Assembly (NCBI GenBank): GCA_965226205.1
Contig: CBDDCJ010000023.1
Location: 151,901-215,900 of the forward strand
Direction: 5' to 3'
DNA: 64,000 nucleotides
From: Opitutales bacterium
Lineage (GTDB): Bacteria; Verrucomicrobiota; Verrucomicrobiia; Opitutales; UBA2987
The stretch's first letter is position 1. The number at the start of each line of letters is the position of its first letter. Both the position numbers and the translations under genes were made by a program. A model generated the notes under the pieces. The model saw nothing but the letters and a program-made list of their open reading frames with translations, did not search any database and was not told where the DNA came from. Below are positions 36,759 to 45,267 of this stretch, one piece after another.

Positions 36759-37910
36759 TCAGGCGGTTGGTTCGTAGGAGCCGTCGGCTCTTTTGATGAG
36801 GATTTTATTTAATTCGAGCATCATGAGGGCTGCGGTGACTTCGTTCAATGGCAGGCCGGTGATTTCGTTGACGATGTCGGGGTAGAGGATGGAGCCGTCG
36901 GCGAAACATTGGGCAACGGTTTTTTCGGTTTCGCTAAGATTATCGGGCAAGTATTTTTCCGGCGGAGGTTCTTTAACCCCGCTGGCGGATGAATCGAGGT
37001 CGAAACTCATTTGACCGGTGTAACGCAGTTCCTCGACCAGATCGTCCACCGACGAAAGCAATGTTGCGCCGTCCCGGATCAGGCGGTTGCAGCCCCGGCT
37101 GGCCGCCTGGTCGATACGCCCTGGCACGGCGAAAAGGAAGCGCCCGTGCTCCCCGGCAAATCTGGCCGTAATCATGCTGCCGCCTTTAAGGTCGCTTTCT
37201 CCCACGATGATAGCCTGGCACATGCCGAAAATGAGGCGGTTTCGCATGGGAAAGGTTAGCCGGTCGGCGCGCCGCCCGAAACGAAACTCGGAAATAACGG
37301 CCCCGGCCCCGGCCCCCGGCTGAACAATGCGCCGATAAAGTTCCAGATTTTCCGGGGGGTAAATGATATCGAGCCCGCAGCCCATGATGGCCACCGTTTT
37401 GCCCCCGGCATCGAGGGCGCCTTGATGGGCTTCGCTATCGATTCCGCGGGCAAACCCGCTGACCACGCAAAATCCCAGCCGGATTAAATCTCCCGCCAGC
37501 CGCGCAGCCACCGAACGCCCGTAGAGCGTGGGCCGCCGGGTTCCCACTATGGCGGCATAAGTGGTTTTTAAGAGGGAGTCGCCCTTGCAATAAAATCCGG
37601 CCGGCGGGTCGTAAATTTCCCGCAACAAGGGTGGATACTCCTCGTCATTAATGGTGATGAAACGGGCGTTGTGTTTTTGCAGCAAAGATTCTTCCCGCGA
37701 GAGGTCGAAATGCTTGGGCCAGTCAAGAATCGCACGGGAGGATTTTTGGCCGATTCCTTCAACTTCGAGGAGGGATTTTTGCCCCGCTTTGAAAATGGCC
37801 AGGGGCTCGCCCCCGAATCGTTCGAGCAACCGGGTGGTGGAAACCGGCCCGATTCCAGGCAGGCCGTTCAGAACCATGAGGGCCTGCCGCTCGTTTACAA
37901 TTTCACTCAT
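36759..37910 (-). CDS. dprA: DNA-processing protein DprA
   Basis: N-terminal SAM domain (LPGIGP), YPPLLREIYDPP, AIVGTR, VVSGFARGID, FPMRNRLI, GGSMITA, winged-helix C-terminus. Confidence 0.95.
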   Translation of the reverse strand: MSEIVNERQALMVLNGLPGIGPVSTTRLLERFGGEPLAIFKAGQKSLLEVEGIGQKSSRAILDWPKHFDLSREESLLQKHNARFITINDEEYPPLLREIYDPPAGFYCKGDSLLKTTYAAIVGTRRPTLYGRSVAARLAGDLIRLGFCVVSGFARGIDSEAHQGALDAGGKTVAIMGCGLDIIYPPENLELYRRIVQPGAGAGAVISEFRFGRRADRLTFPMRNRLIFGMCQAIIVGESDLKGGSMITARFAGEHGRFLFAVPGRIDQAASRGCNRLIRDGATLLSSVDDLVEELRYTGQMSFDLDSSASGVKEPPPEKYLPDNLSETEKTVAQCFADGSILYPDIVNEITGLPLNEVTAALMMLELNKILIKRADGSYEPTA

Positions 37911-39465
37911 GCCGCAACACCGCGCTCAGATATTCGATCATGTCCGTTGTGGCCACTGCTGTGGGGCCCTTTGCGCGGGCCAGGGCATCGGCGGCCAATC
38001 CGTGCCAGACAACCGCCCGGCAGGCCGCCTCGAATGGGTTCGCACCGGGAAAAGCCAGGCGGCTTCCGGCCAGACCGCTGAGGATGTCTCCGCTGCCGCC
38101 CCTGGCCAGGATGGGGCCCCCGAATGGGCTGACCATGATCCGGGAACCGTCGCAAATGCGGGTCAAGGGGCCTTTCAAGACAACAATAACACGGTTATCC
38201 CGGCAGAAGTTTAAAAGTTCCGATCCGTCGAAATCAGTATTATCGGTCCCCGCAATACGCCTGAATTCGCCCCTGTGAGGAGTCAGGAGAACGCTTCCGG
38301 AGGAGGGTGGCCTGAGCGCCGCCGCAGCCACCACCTCGGGTTGGAGGGCATCGGCATCCAGGGCCAGAGGCAGGGAAATTTCCCGCACAACTCGCTGCAT
38401 CAGGGCCTGTGTCTCCTTTTCCCGGCCCATTCCGGGACCGGCCAGAACGGCGGTGGCCCGGCCCAGGTTTTTCTTCAACAAATGAAATCCCTCCAGGGCG
38501 AGGTCGCCTTCGGGAGTTTCCGGCCAGGAAACCCACATGGCCTCCGGGGCGGCGGCGGCAAATTGAGCGGCAACGGATTCGGGCACGAAGGCCGTGAGCA
38601 AACCAACGCCGCTTTGCAATGCCGCCCGCACAGCCATGAGAACCGCTCCGGGCATGGATCGGGACCCGGCCAAAACAAAGAGATGCCCGTAGGAGCGTTT
38701 GTCCGTCTGCGCGGGCCTGAGCCCACCCAACGGATGCAAAACGGAAGGTAGAAGAATGAAATTTTCCCTCTCCTCCGCTTGGCCGCTATCGAAAAACCCG
38801 ATGTCGAGATAGCGCACACGGCCCACATGGGAAGCATTTTCGGGGACAAAAAGCGGTTCCTTGGCGATTCCCGTGGCATAAGTGAAATCGGCCCGGAAAC
38901 ATTCCCCGGCGCAGGCATCCCCCACCCCGCTGGGCAGATCGACGGCCGCCCGCAGCCGGACCGACGGCAATTGGTTTATCCAGGCCACGATGGCGTCGCC
39001 GGGCGGTCGTATGGGCGGCTTGAACTGCATCCCGAGGATGCCGTCGAGGCAAATGTGAAAGGCAGGTTCTCCGGCGGCGGCAATCGTTTTTTGAGACCAG
39101 GAAAGGGTTTCGACGCGCTCTCCGCCCGCCCGCAGAAGGTTGTCCAGACAGCGATGGGTGAGGGGTTTCAAGTCCTTCGAGCCGTAAACGAAAAGCAGCT
39201 TGAGGCGGGCGGCGGGATGCTCCTGAAGAATTTCCTGACAGGCGATGAGAGCGTCTCCGGCATTGTGCCCCTTGCCCAGCAAGGCGAGGACGCGGAGGGT
39301 TGCGGGAATCGGCCCTATTTCCCCGTAATCGCGCAAAATGGCCCTTCCGAGGGAGCGCCCGGCGCGGTTCATGGCATCCCATTCCTTATCTTCCGCTCCG
39401 CCCAGGAGGCGACGCTCGAAATCCATGGCTTGCTGGCAAGAGAGGATGGGGTGGGCGTGAATCAT
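37903..39465 (-). CDS. nnr: Bifunctional NAD(P)H-hydrate epimerase/dehydratase (YjeF)
   Basis: GKGHNAGD, DGILG, AVDLPSG; KRSYGH, GPGMG, LDADAL, LTPHRGE, LKG, ARGGSGDILSG. Confidence 0.93.
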   Translation of the reverse strand: MIHAHPILSCQQAMDFERRLLGGAEDKEWDAMNRAGRSLGRAILRDYGEIGPIPATLRVLALLGKGHNAGDALIACQEILQEHPAARLKLLFVYGSKDLKPLTHRCLDNLLRAGGERVETLSWSQKTIAAAGEPAFHICLDGILGMQFKPPIRPPGDAIVAWINQLPSVRLRAAVDLPSGVGDACAGECFRADFTYATGIAKEPLFVPENASHVGRVRYLDIGFFDSGQAEERENFILLPSVLHPLGGLRPAQTDKRSYGHLFVLAGSRSMPGAVLMAVRAALQSGVGLLTAFVPESVAAQFAAAAPEAMWVSWPETPEGDLALEGFHLLKKNLGRATAVLAGPGMGREKETQALMQRVVREISLPLALDADALQPEVVAAAALRPPSSGSVLLTPHRGEFRRIAGTDNTDFDGSELLNFCRDNRVIVVLKGPLTRICDGSRIMVSPFGGPILARGGSGDILSGLAGSRLAFPGANPFEAACRAVVWHGLAADALARAKGPTAVATTDMIEYLSAVLRHE

Positions 39466-39500
39466 CTAAATTTCACCTGGCTGGCCGGAGAATGTAACTC

Positions 39501-40268
39501 TCAATGAGCAGTTAAAATCATGCGGCGTTTCATTTCCCGCACGGCTTCTTCGATTCCACAAAATAAGGCCCGGCTCATTATACAGTGGCCGATATTGAGT
39601 TCGTAGAGCCAGGGCAATTGCCGGATTTCGACGATATTTATGTAATTGATGCCGTGCCCGGCGTTCACCGTGATGCCCAACTCGTGGGCAAGATCGATAC
39701 CCCGGCGCAATTTTTGCAATTCTGTGTGGCGCGCTTTCAAGTCGTAGTAGGCATTGGCGAAAGCGCCGGTGTGCAGCTCGATGAAGGGGCATTTCATTTC
39801 CGCCGCAGCCTTGATTTGTTCCGGCTCGGGATCGATGAACAAACTTGTGGCGATGCCGTTGGCGTTCAGCCTTTCGACAATCCCGCCTACCCGGTCGCGC
39901 TGCCCGGCGGCGTCCAGCCCGCCTTCGGTGCTCACTTCTTCGCGGCCCTCCGGCACCAGGCAAACGATTTCGGGCTTCACGTCGAGCGCGAACCGCACCA
40001 TGAAATCGGTGCAGGCCATTTCAAAATTGAGACGTGTCTGGATGCATTCGCGCAGCCGCCGCACATCGCTTTCCTGAATATGACGGCGATCCTCGCGCAG
40101 GTGAACGGTTATTCCGTCCACCCCGGCGCGCTCGGCGGACAGGGCCAGGGCAACGGGGTCGGGCTCGACCATCTGCCCGCAATCCCGTCCGGCATCGCGG
40201 TAGCGGGCCTGGCGCAGTGTGGCGCAATGGTCGATATTGAGCCCCAGTAATATTGGTTTCGAGGACAT
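39501..40268 (-). CDS. pdxJ: Pyridoxine 5'-phosphate synthase
   Basis: LGLNIDHCATLRQAR, ITVHLREDRRHI, VPEGREEVSTEGG, SLFIDP, ELHTG, NAGHGI, ELNIGH. Confidence 0.97.
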   Translation of the reverse strand: MSSKPILLGLNIDHCATLRQARYRDAGRDCGQMVEPDPVALALSAERAGVDGITVHLREDRRHIQESDVRRLRECIQTRLNFEMACTDFMVRFALDVKPEIVCLVPEGREEVSTEGGLDAAGQRDRVGGIVERLNANGIATSLFIDPEPEQIKAAAEMKCPFIELHTGAFANAYYDLKARHTELQKLRRGIDLAHELGITVNAGHGINYINIVEIRQLPWLYELNIGHCIMSRALFCGIEEAVREMKRRMILTAH

Positions 40269-40307
40269 GGCAAAGGAAGAATGCCTAGCGCATCCCGTTG
40301 CAATTGT

Positions 40308-41075
40308 CTAATCCAAATTAACGGTTTCCAGAGGAAGGCCGGTTTGTTCCGGGGCGGACTTGTGGGCAAAAATATTTCGCAAAAAAAGAGGCCTGTGCTC
40401 GGCCGTCGGTCCATCCCGTAAAATGGCCGAGCGATGTTCCGAAGTGCCGTAGCCCTTGTTTTGGGCGAACCCGTAGCCAGGACAGGTGAGTTCCATCTCG
40501 CGCATGATTTTATCCCTCGTCACTTTGGCCAGGATGGAAGCCAGGGCGATAGCCAACGATTTGCCGTCGCCTTTGACGATCGCCTTGTGGCCATAGGGAA
40601 ACGGTTTGAGTGGTTTGCCATCGATTAAAATTATGAAGGCCATGTTTTCGCCCTCGCTCGTATTTTGGAACAGGGGGCTGTTGCCGTTTTTCAAGGGCAA
40701 AGTCAGGCCGGTTGGGGCCGTTCTTATAATCGCTTCAAGGGCTCGCCGCATGGCCAGCCGGGTGGCCCCCAGAATATTGTGGGCGTTGATCTCGGCCACG
40801 CTGGCCAAACCGGTTTCGGCCCGCAATTGGCCGGCTTTTTTCAGGTTCTGGATTTCCTTGAAAATGAATTCCCGCTGTGATTCATCGAGTTTTTTCGAGT
40901 CGTCAACGGCGTCCGCGCGCATTTCACACCAGGAACTTTGCAGGAAATTGTGTTGCAGGCATACCGCGCCCGCCACCACCGGACCAGCGAGGCAGCCGCG
41001 CCCGGCTTCATCGATCCCCACCAGCCGCTCACAACCGGCAATATGCTCAAGGTCGAATCGGCGCAGGGAATTCAT
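40308..41075 (-). CDS. rnhB: Ribonuclease HII
   Basis: GIDEAGRGCLAGPV, DDSKKL, ILIDG, KGDGKS.AIALASILAKVTRD, NKGYGT. Confidence 0.95.
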   Translation of the reverse strand: MNSLRRFDLEHIAGCERLVGIDEAGRGCLAGPVVAGAVCLQHNFLQSSWCEMRADAVDDSKKLDESQREFIFKEIQNLKKAGQLRAETGLASVAEINAHNILGATRLAMRRALEAIIRTAPTGLTLPLKNGNSPLFQNTSEGENMAFIILIDGKPLKPFPYGHKAIVKGDGKSLAIALASILAKVTRDKIMREMELTCPGYGFAQNKGYGTSEHRSAILRDGPTAEHRPLFLRNIFAHKSAPEQTGLPLETVNLD

Positions 41076-41101
41076 TTTGATTTAAGGCCGGAAAACACTT
41101 C

Positions 41102-42088
41102 CTAATATTTGACCCAGGTCTTTTTAACCGGGACGGGCAACCCGAGAACTTCGTAGGAGGTTTTGAAATGGAGTTTGGCAAAATCGCCCAAGGCATCGGG
41201 GCCGAGCTGCCCAATCAGCTTGCCCGCCTGCGCTTTGACCAGCGCGCCAGCCCCTTTTTTCAATTCTTCCCCAAAGTCTTTGGATAATTTAAGTATCTGC
41301 CGGACGAACTCCGCCCGTGCCACGATGGAAGCCGCCGCCACGACTGGGTCGGACTCCGCGTGGGTCCGCATTTGCAGGTCGAATTTCACGCCCTTTTCCT
41401 TGAGAGCTTTTTGCACCAGGAGCTGCTTGCTGAACTGGTCCAGCATGCCCCAGGGAACCTCTTTTTTTTGCAGGGCTTCGGCCAGGGCGCGCGCGTGCAG
41501 CCAGGCCATCAACTTGTTCAGGTTGGCCTGGGGGCGGGACATCAGTTGGTTGTATTTGCCCATGCCGCAGAATGCCGTTTTGACCACCGCGCCCCTAGTT
41601 CGACGGATTATTTTATCGAGCCGCAATATTTGTGAATCGGATAACTTTTTGCTGTCCCGCACGCCCTCTTCCATCCATTTGCGGACGATATCGCCATCCG
41701 CGATAACGGTGGCGCAAACGACCGGCCCGAAAAGATCGCCCTTGCCCGCTTCGTCGAGACCGGCATGGGCCTCGAACCACTCGGGATGATGCACCTCGTC
41801 ATAGCCCAGGCGGGGATCGCCGGTAATTTCCGCCTCCAGCACATCGCGCACGAAATCCTCCGTGCCTTTGCCCGAAATTACGAGCTTTCCGCTCTTGTAA
41901 GCGACCACGTTCACCTTCGACATTTTGTTTTTGAAGGCGAACCGGGCGTAATCGACGGCGAAAAATTCCCACAGACGGTAATCGCAATATTCTTTCAATT
42001 TTTCCATCTGGGCATCGTCCAGCGAGATGGTGTAAAGAGTGATTTTTTTGGGACCTTCAGCGTCGGAAAACTTTGCTTTTTTGGCCAT
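41102..42088 (-). CDS. rnhC: Ribonuclease HIII
   Basis: N-terminal TBP-like domain (VVAYKSGKLVISGK), GLDEAGKGDLFGP, VRDSKKL, LDQF, AES, VAAASIVAR, AKLHFKT. Confidence 0.93.
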   Translation of the reverse strand: MAKKAKFSDAEGPKKITLYTISLDDAQMEKLKEYCDYRLWEFFAVDYARFAFKNKMSKVNVVAYKSGKLVISGKGTEDFVRDVLEAEITGDPRLGYDEVHHPEWFEAHAGLDEAGKGDLFGPVVCATVIADGDIVRKWMEEGVRDSKKLSDSQILRLDKIIRRTRGAVVKTAFCGMGKYNQLMSRPQANLNKLMAWLHARALAEALQKKEVPWGMLDQFSKQLLVQKALKEKGVKFDLQMRTHAESDPVVAAASIVARAEFVRQILKLSKDFGEELKKGAGALVKAQAGKLIGQLGPDALGDFAKLHFKTSYEVLGLPVPVKKTWVKY

Positions 42089-42153
42089 TGCAGCGCATTA
42101 ATGCAGATTCCATGCGGCGATTCAACCCACTAACCGGCAATGCCTGAAATCTT

Positions 42154-43176
42154 GTGAAAAACCGGGCCGCTTTTCGGAGAAAACTGGGGCGTTGGTATGA
42201 TGCCAACGCAAGGGCGCTGCCTTGGCGGCAGAAGGCGACGCTCTACCGCGCCGTGGTCTCCGAGTTCATGTGCCAGCAAACGCGCATCGATACCGTGATT
42301 CCTTACTTTCATCGCTGGATGGAGGTATTTGGGGATTTCAAAACCCTGGCCGACGCGAATGAGGAAAAAGTTCTCAAGCTCTGGGAGGGATTGGGTTATT
42401 ATAGACGCGCGCGCAACCTCCACGCCTTGGCCAGGGCGTTGGTGAAACTGGATAAAATACCCACTTCGGCCGCCCAATGGGAAAAGTTTCCCGGCGTGGG
42501 ACATTATACCGCGGCGGCCATCACGAGCATCAGTTTCGGAACCGCCGCCGCCTGCGTGGATGGCAATGTGGTCCGCCTGATGGCACGGATTTACAATGAG
42601 GAAAAGGAATTTAAAAACAGTTCGGAGGCGGTTGGATATTTTCGGGAAAGAGCGGACCGGCTTCTCGATGCCGAAAACCCCGGACGACACAACCAGGCCA
42701 TGATGGAATTGGGCGCAACCGTTTGCCTGAAAACCCGACCCCGATGCCCGCAATGCCCTGTGGCCTCCTTTTGCCGGGCTAGACAGGCGGGAACAGAGGA
42801 ATCACTGCCCCATTTTCGCTCCCGGCAAATTTCCACCGCCAATGTCAACCGGCTATGGGCGCGAAAGGGTGATGCCTTGCTGCTGCACCGGATTCCCCCC
42901 AACGGTCCCCGACTGGCAAACCTCTTTGAATTGCCTCCGTTTGATAATCCACTGCTCAATGGATGCGGGAAAACATTGATCAAAGAGGCCAAGCGATCCA
43001 TCGGCAGCCAAAGGATAACGGAACGCATTTACCGCATAGATGCAGGCAAAGAATGGCCGAGGAAAATCGGTCAAAATTCCGGATTGAGATGGATTTCATT
43101 GGACGCCCTGGATACGATTACCCTCTCCGGGCCGCATCGACGCTGGATAAGGGAAATCCTGAAAAAGGAGGCTTAG
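42154..43176 (+). CDS. mutY: A/G-specific adenine glycosylase
   Basis: GTG start; RALPWR, SEFMCQQT, WEGLGYYRRA, HhH FPGVGHYTA, VDGNV, 4Fe-4S motif C..TRPRCPQCP...C. Confidence 0.92.
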   Translation: MKNRAAFRRKLGRWYDANARALPWRQKATLYRAVVSEFMCQQTRIDTVIPYFHRWMEVFGDFKTLADANEEKVLKLWEGLGYYRRARNLHALARALVKLDKIPTSAAQWEKFPGVGHYTAAAITSISFGTAAACVDGNVVRLMARIYNEEKEFKNSSEAVGYFRERADRLLDAENPGRHNQAMMELGATVCLKTRPRCPQCPVASFCRARQAGTEESLPHFRSRQISTANVNRLWARKGDALLLHRIPPNGPRLANLFELPPFDNPLLNGCGKTLIKEAKRSIGSQRITERIYRIDAGKEWPRKIGQNSGLRWISLDALDTITLSGPHRRWIREILKKEA

Positions 43177-44153
43177 CGGTCGTCGGCTTTTTTAAATTCC
43201 ACGGTCCAATTATCCCCTGTTCCGATATTAAACTTTTCGGTGAAACTGGCCTGATTGATGGCTAAGTCGATATAGTGCGGGGGGGCCGAAGTGTGAATTA
43301 CCATGGGCGCTCCGAGGGCCACATCACCAAAGGCGCGGACGAAGGGTAGAACACTTTGATATTTTATTTCCGCCCCCTCTTTAATAATTACTTCAACCAT
43401 TCCCGAATATTCGCCGACTCCGAGTATTGAAAAAAACTCCAAATCCACATTGGAGCTCACATTGCCGAAAGTATCGATTCCGGTTAGCTTCGCGAAAATG
43501 GTGTTGTGGCGCAATTCCGGCGCAGACATGGGAGGAAGGGCCACCACCTCGGGCTTCCTCAATGGGCCGGCCTGTTCATAGCTGATGATTCCCGCCGCCA
43601 GACGCGCCCCCGTGTAGGAATAAACGTCCCTGCCATGAAAGGTGAACGATTTTTCCGAGCCCGCTCTGCGGTTGACCTTTTCGTCGATTTCCCTAACCGC
43701 CGCAATGCCTAGTTTTTCCGCCACCAGGCTGAGGCTGCCATTGTCCGGGCTGACGATATAATGACCGCTTTGGGTCTTCAGAACGACCGACCGCCGGGGC
43801 GTCCCGACACCGGGGTTAACCACCGAGACGAATACCGTTCCCTCTGGCCAATAATGCACGTTTTGGGCCAGACTGCGAGCGCCCTCGCGAATATCGAAAT
43901 GTCGAATATTGTGCCTGATATCGAAAATTTCAATGTCCCGGCTGACAGTGTGCGCGACCGCTTTCATGATCGCGGCATAGCTGTCGGTGACTCCGAAATC
44001 GGATTGAAAGACAAGGGTGCCATTGGGCTGGCCCCAAAGATTCCCGCCAAGGGTTGAGAGAATGGCCAGGATTGTGGCCCGGAAGACTCTTATTCTGGAT
44101 AATTGGGTTCTATGCATAAAATTGATATTCGGATTCAGGCCGCCGCTGTCCAT
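43173..44153 (-). CDS. DUF62 / SAM hydroxide adenosyltransferase family protein with an N-terminal signal-like sequence
   Basis: FQSDFG, VVNPGVGTPRR, SPDNG, TFHGRD, IDTFGN; hydrophobic leader ATILAILSTLGG. Start may be ATG 44117. Confidence 0.88.
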   Translation of the reverse strand: MDSGGLNPNINFMHRTQLSRIRVFRATILAILSTLGGNLWGQPNGTLVFQSDFGVTDSYAAIMKAVAHTVSRDIEIFDIRHNIRHFDIREGARSLAQNVHYWPEGTVFVSVVNPGVGTPRRSVVLKTQSGHYIVSPDNGSLSLVAEKLGIAAVREIDEKVNRRAGSEKSFTFHGRDVYSYTGARLAAGIISYEQAGPLRKPEVVALPPMSAPELRHNTIFAKLTGIDTFGNVSSNVDLEFFSILGVGEYSGMVEVIIKEGAEIKYQSVLPFVRAFGDVALGAPMVIHTSAPPHYIDLAINQASFTEKFNIGTGDNWTVEFKKADDR

Positions 44154-44163
44154 TAAAATTATC

Positions 44164-44425
44164 GTAACTGTTTAGCGTAGGCGGCACGCATTCAAAACGC
44201 CCTGAAAGGGCAATATTCGTCAGCCAGGGGGTGAAACCCCTGGACGCTTGGAGGCATGCTTTTTTTTATTAAAACCCTGAAGGGGTTTCATTCCTTTTTT
44301 CTGGGGAAATGTGAGGAGTAGCACACCTTCAGTGTGAATCATAGCCACATCATGAATTTCCTGAACGGCAGGAATCGCGGTTGCTGTTATAACCGAATCC
44401 ACCTAAAATTACGCTAAACAGGTAC
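44164..44425. mobile_element. 262-bp MITE/REP-like element with 16-bp terminal IR and internal hairpins
   Basis: GTAACTGTTTAGCGTA ... TACGCTAAACAGGTAC (one mismatch). Hairpins at 44199-44211, 44224-44243, 44272-44288, 44322-44336, 44358-44374. Confidence 0.65.
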
Positions 44426-44452
44426 AATTTATCTGGGTTCACCGTTTTCATT

Positions 44453-44468
44453 TGTGAGAATTTTCACG
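44453..44468. promoter_or_regulatory. CRP-like binding site
   Basis: TGTGA-GAATTT-TCACG, 9/10 match to TGTGA-N6-TCACA, 92 bp upstream of the TonB gene start. Confidence 0.45.
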
Positions 44469-44559
44469 AATTCAATTATTTGTTCATTTTTTTTCTAATT
44501 TTTTCCGGCCTGAAACGTATTAACTATAAGAACACGAATTAAAACTGGAAAACTCTCCC

Positions 44560-45222
44560 ATGAAGAAAAACACCACCTATCATCCGCCAGAATCCAAAAA
44601 TAACATCAGTATTTCGTTTGGAGGAGCTTTGACGCTTTCCGCATTGATATTTCTGGCCCTGCCGCTGACCCAGTTGCTGAGCGGTTTCAGCAAACCGCCA
44701 ACGGTGGTCATCACAGAACCGCCGGGCATCCCGCCACCTGCGGCTATTCCGCCGGATCCGCCACCGGTAGATGAAACCGAACCGGAGCCGGAACCCCCCG
44801 AATTGGAAAAGGAACTTAAACCCATCGATTTGGCTGCTATCGATAGAATTCTTAATCCAGGTTACGGCGATTCACTAATGCCGGGCAAGATGCCTGGACT
44901 TGATGAATACACGAATACAATTGATGACATGGGTATATTCGATATTGGGGTGCTCGACAAGCTCCCGAAACGAATTGTGGCCATCGCTCCGGTTTACCCC
45001 TTTCAATTCAAGCGCGAGGGCATCGAAGGCTGGGTCAAGATGGTTCTCATCATCGACCAGCGAGGGAACGTCATCAAGGCAAGCATCAGGGAGTCAAGCC
45101 ACAGGGAGTTCGAGAAACCTTCCATCGAAGCAGTCCTGCAATGGAAATTCGAGCCGGGAACGAGAAACGGCAAAGCGGTTAAAGTGCGCCGCATCCAACC
45201 TTTTAGTTTCAAACTGAACTAA
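44560..45222 (+). CDS. TonB family energy transducer
   Basis: One N-terminal TM helix, Pro/Glu-rich spacer (PPGIPPP...EPEPEPPE), TonB C-domain (PVYP...GIEGWV...IDQRG.V...WKFEPG..NGK.V). Confidence 0.9.
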   Translation: MKKNTTYHPPESKNNISISFGGALTLSALIFLALPLTQLLSGFSKPPTVVITEPPGIPPPAAIPPDPPPVDETEPEPEPPELEKELKPIDLAAIDRILNPGYGDSLMPGKMPGLDEYTNTIDDMGIFDIGVLDKLPKRIVAIAPVYPFQFKREGIEGWVKMVLIIDQRGNVIKASIRESSHREFEKPSIEAVLQWKFEPGTRNGKAVKVRRIQPFSFKLN

Positions 45223-45267
45223 TACCTATTCTAATGAGAATGATAAAATTGTTTCCGGCAGATCGTG

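Noticed and set aside
43173-44153. Fluorinase/chlorinase
   Set aside because: It keeps the DUF62-type PGVG-x-x-R and FHGRD motifs; halogenase activity cannot be inferred from sequence alone.
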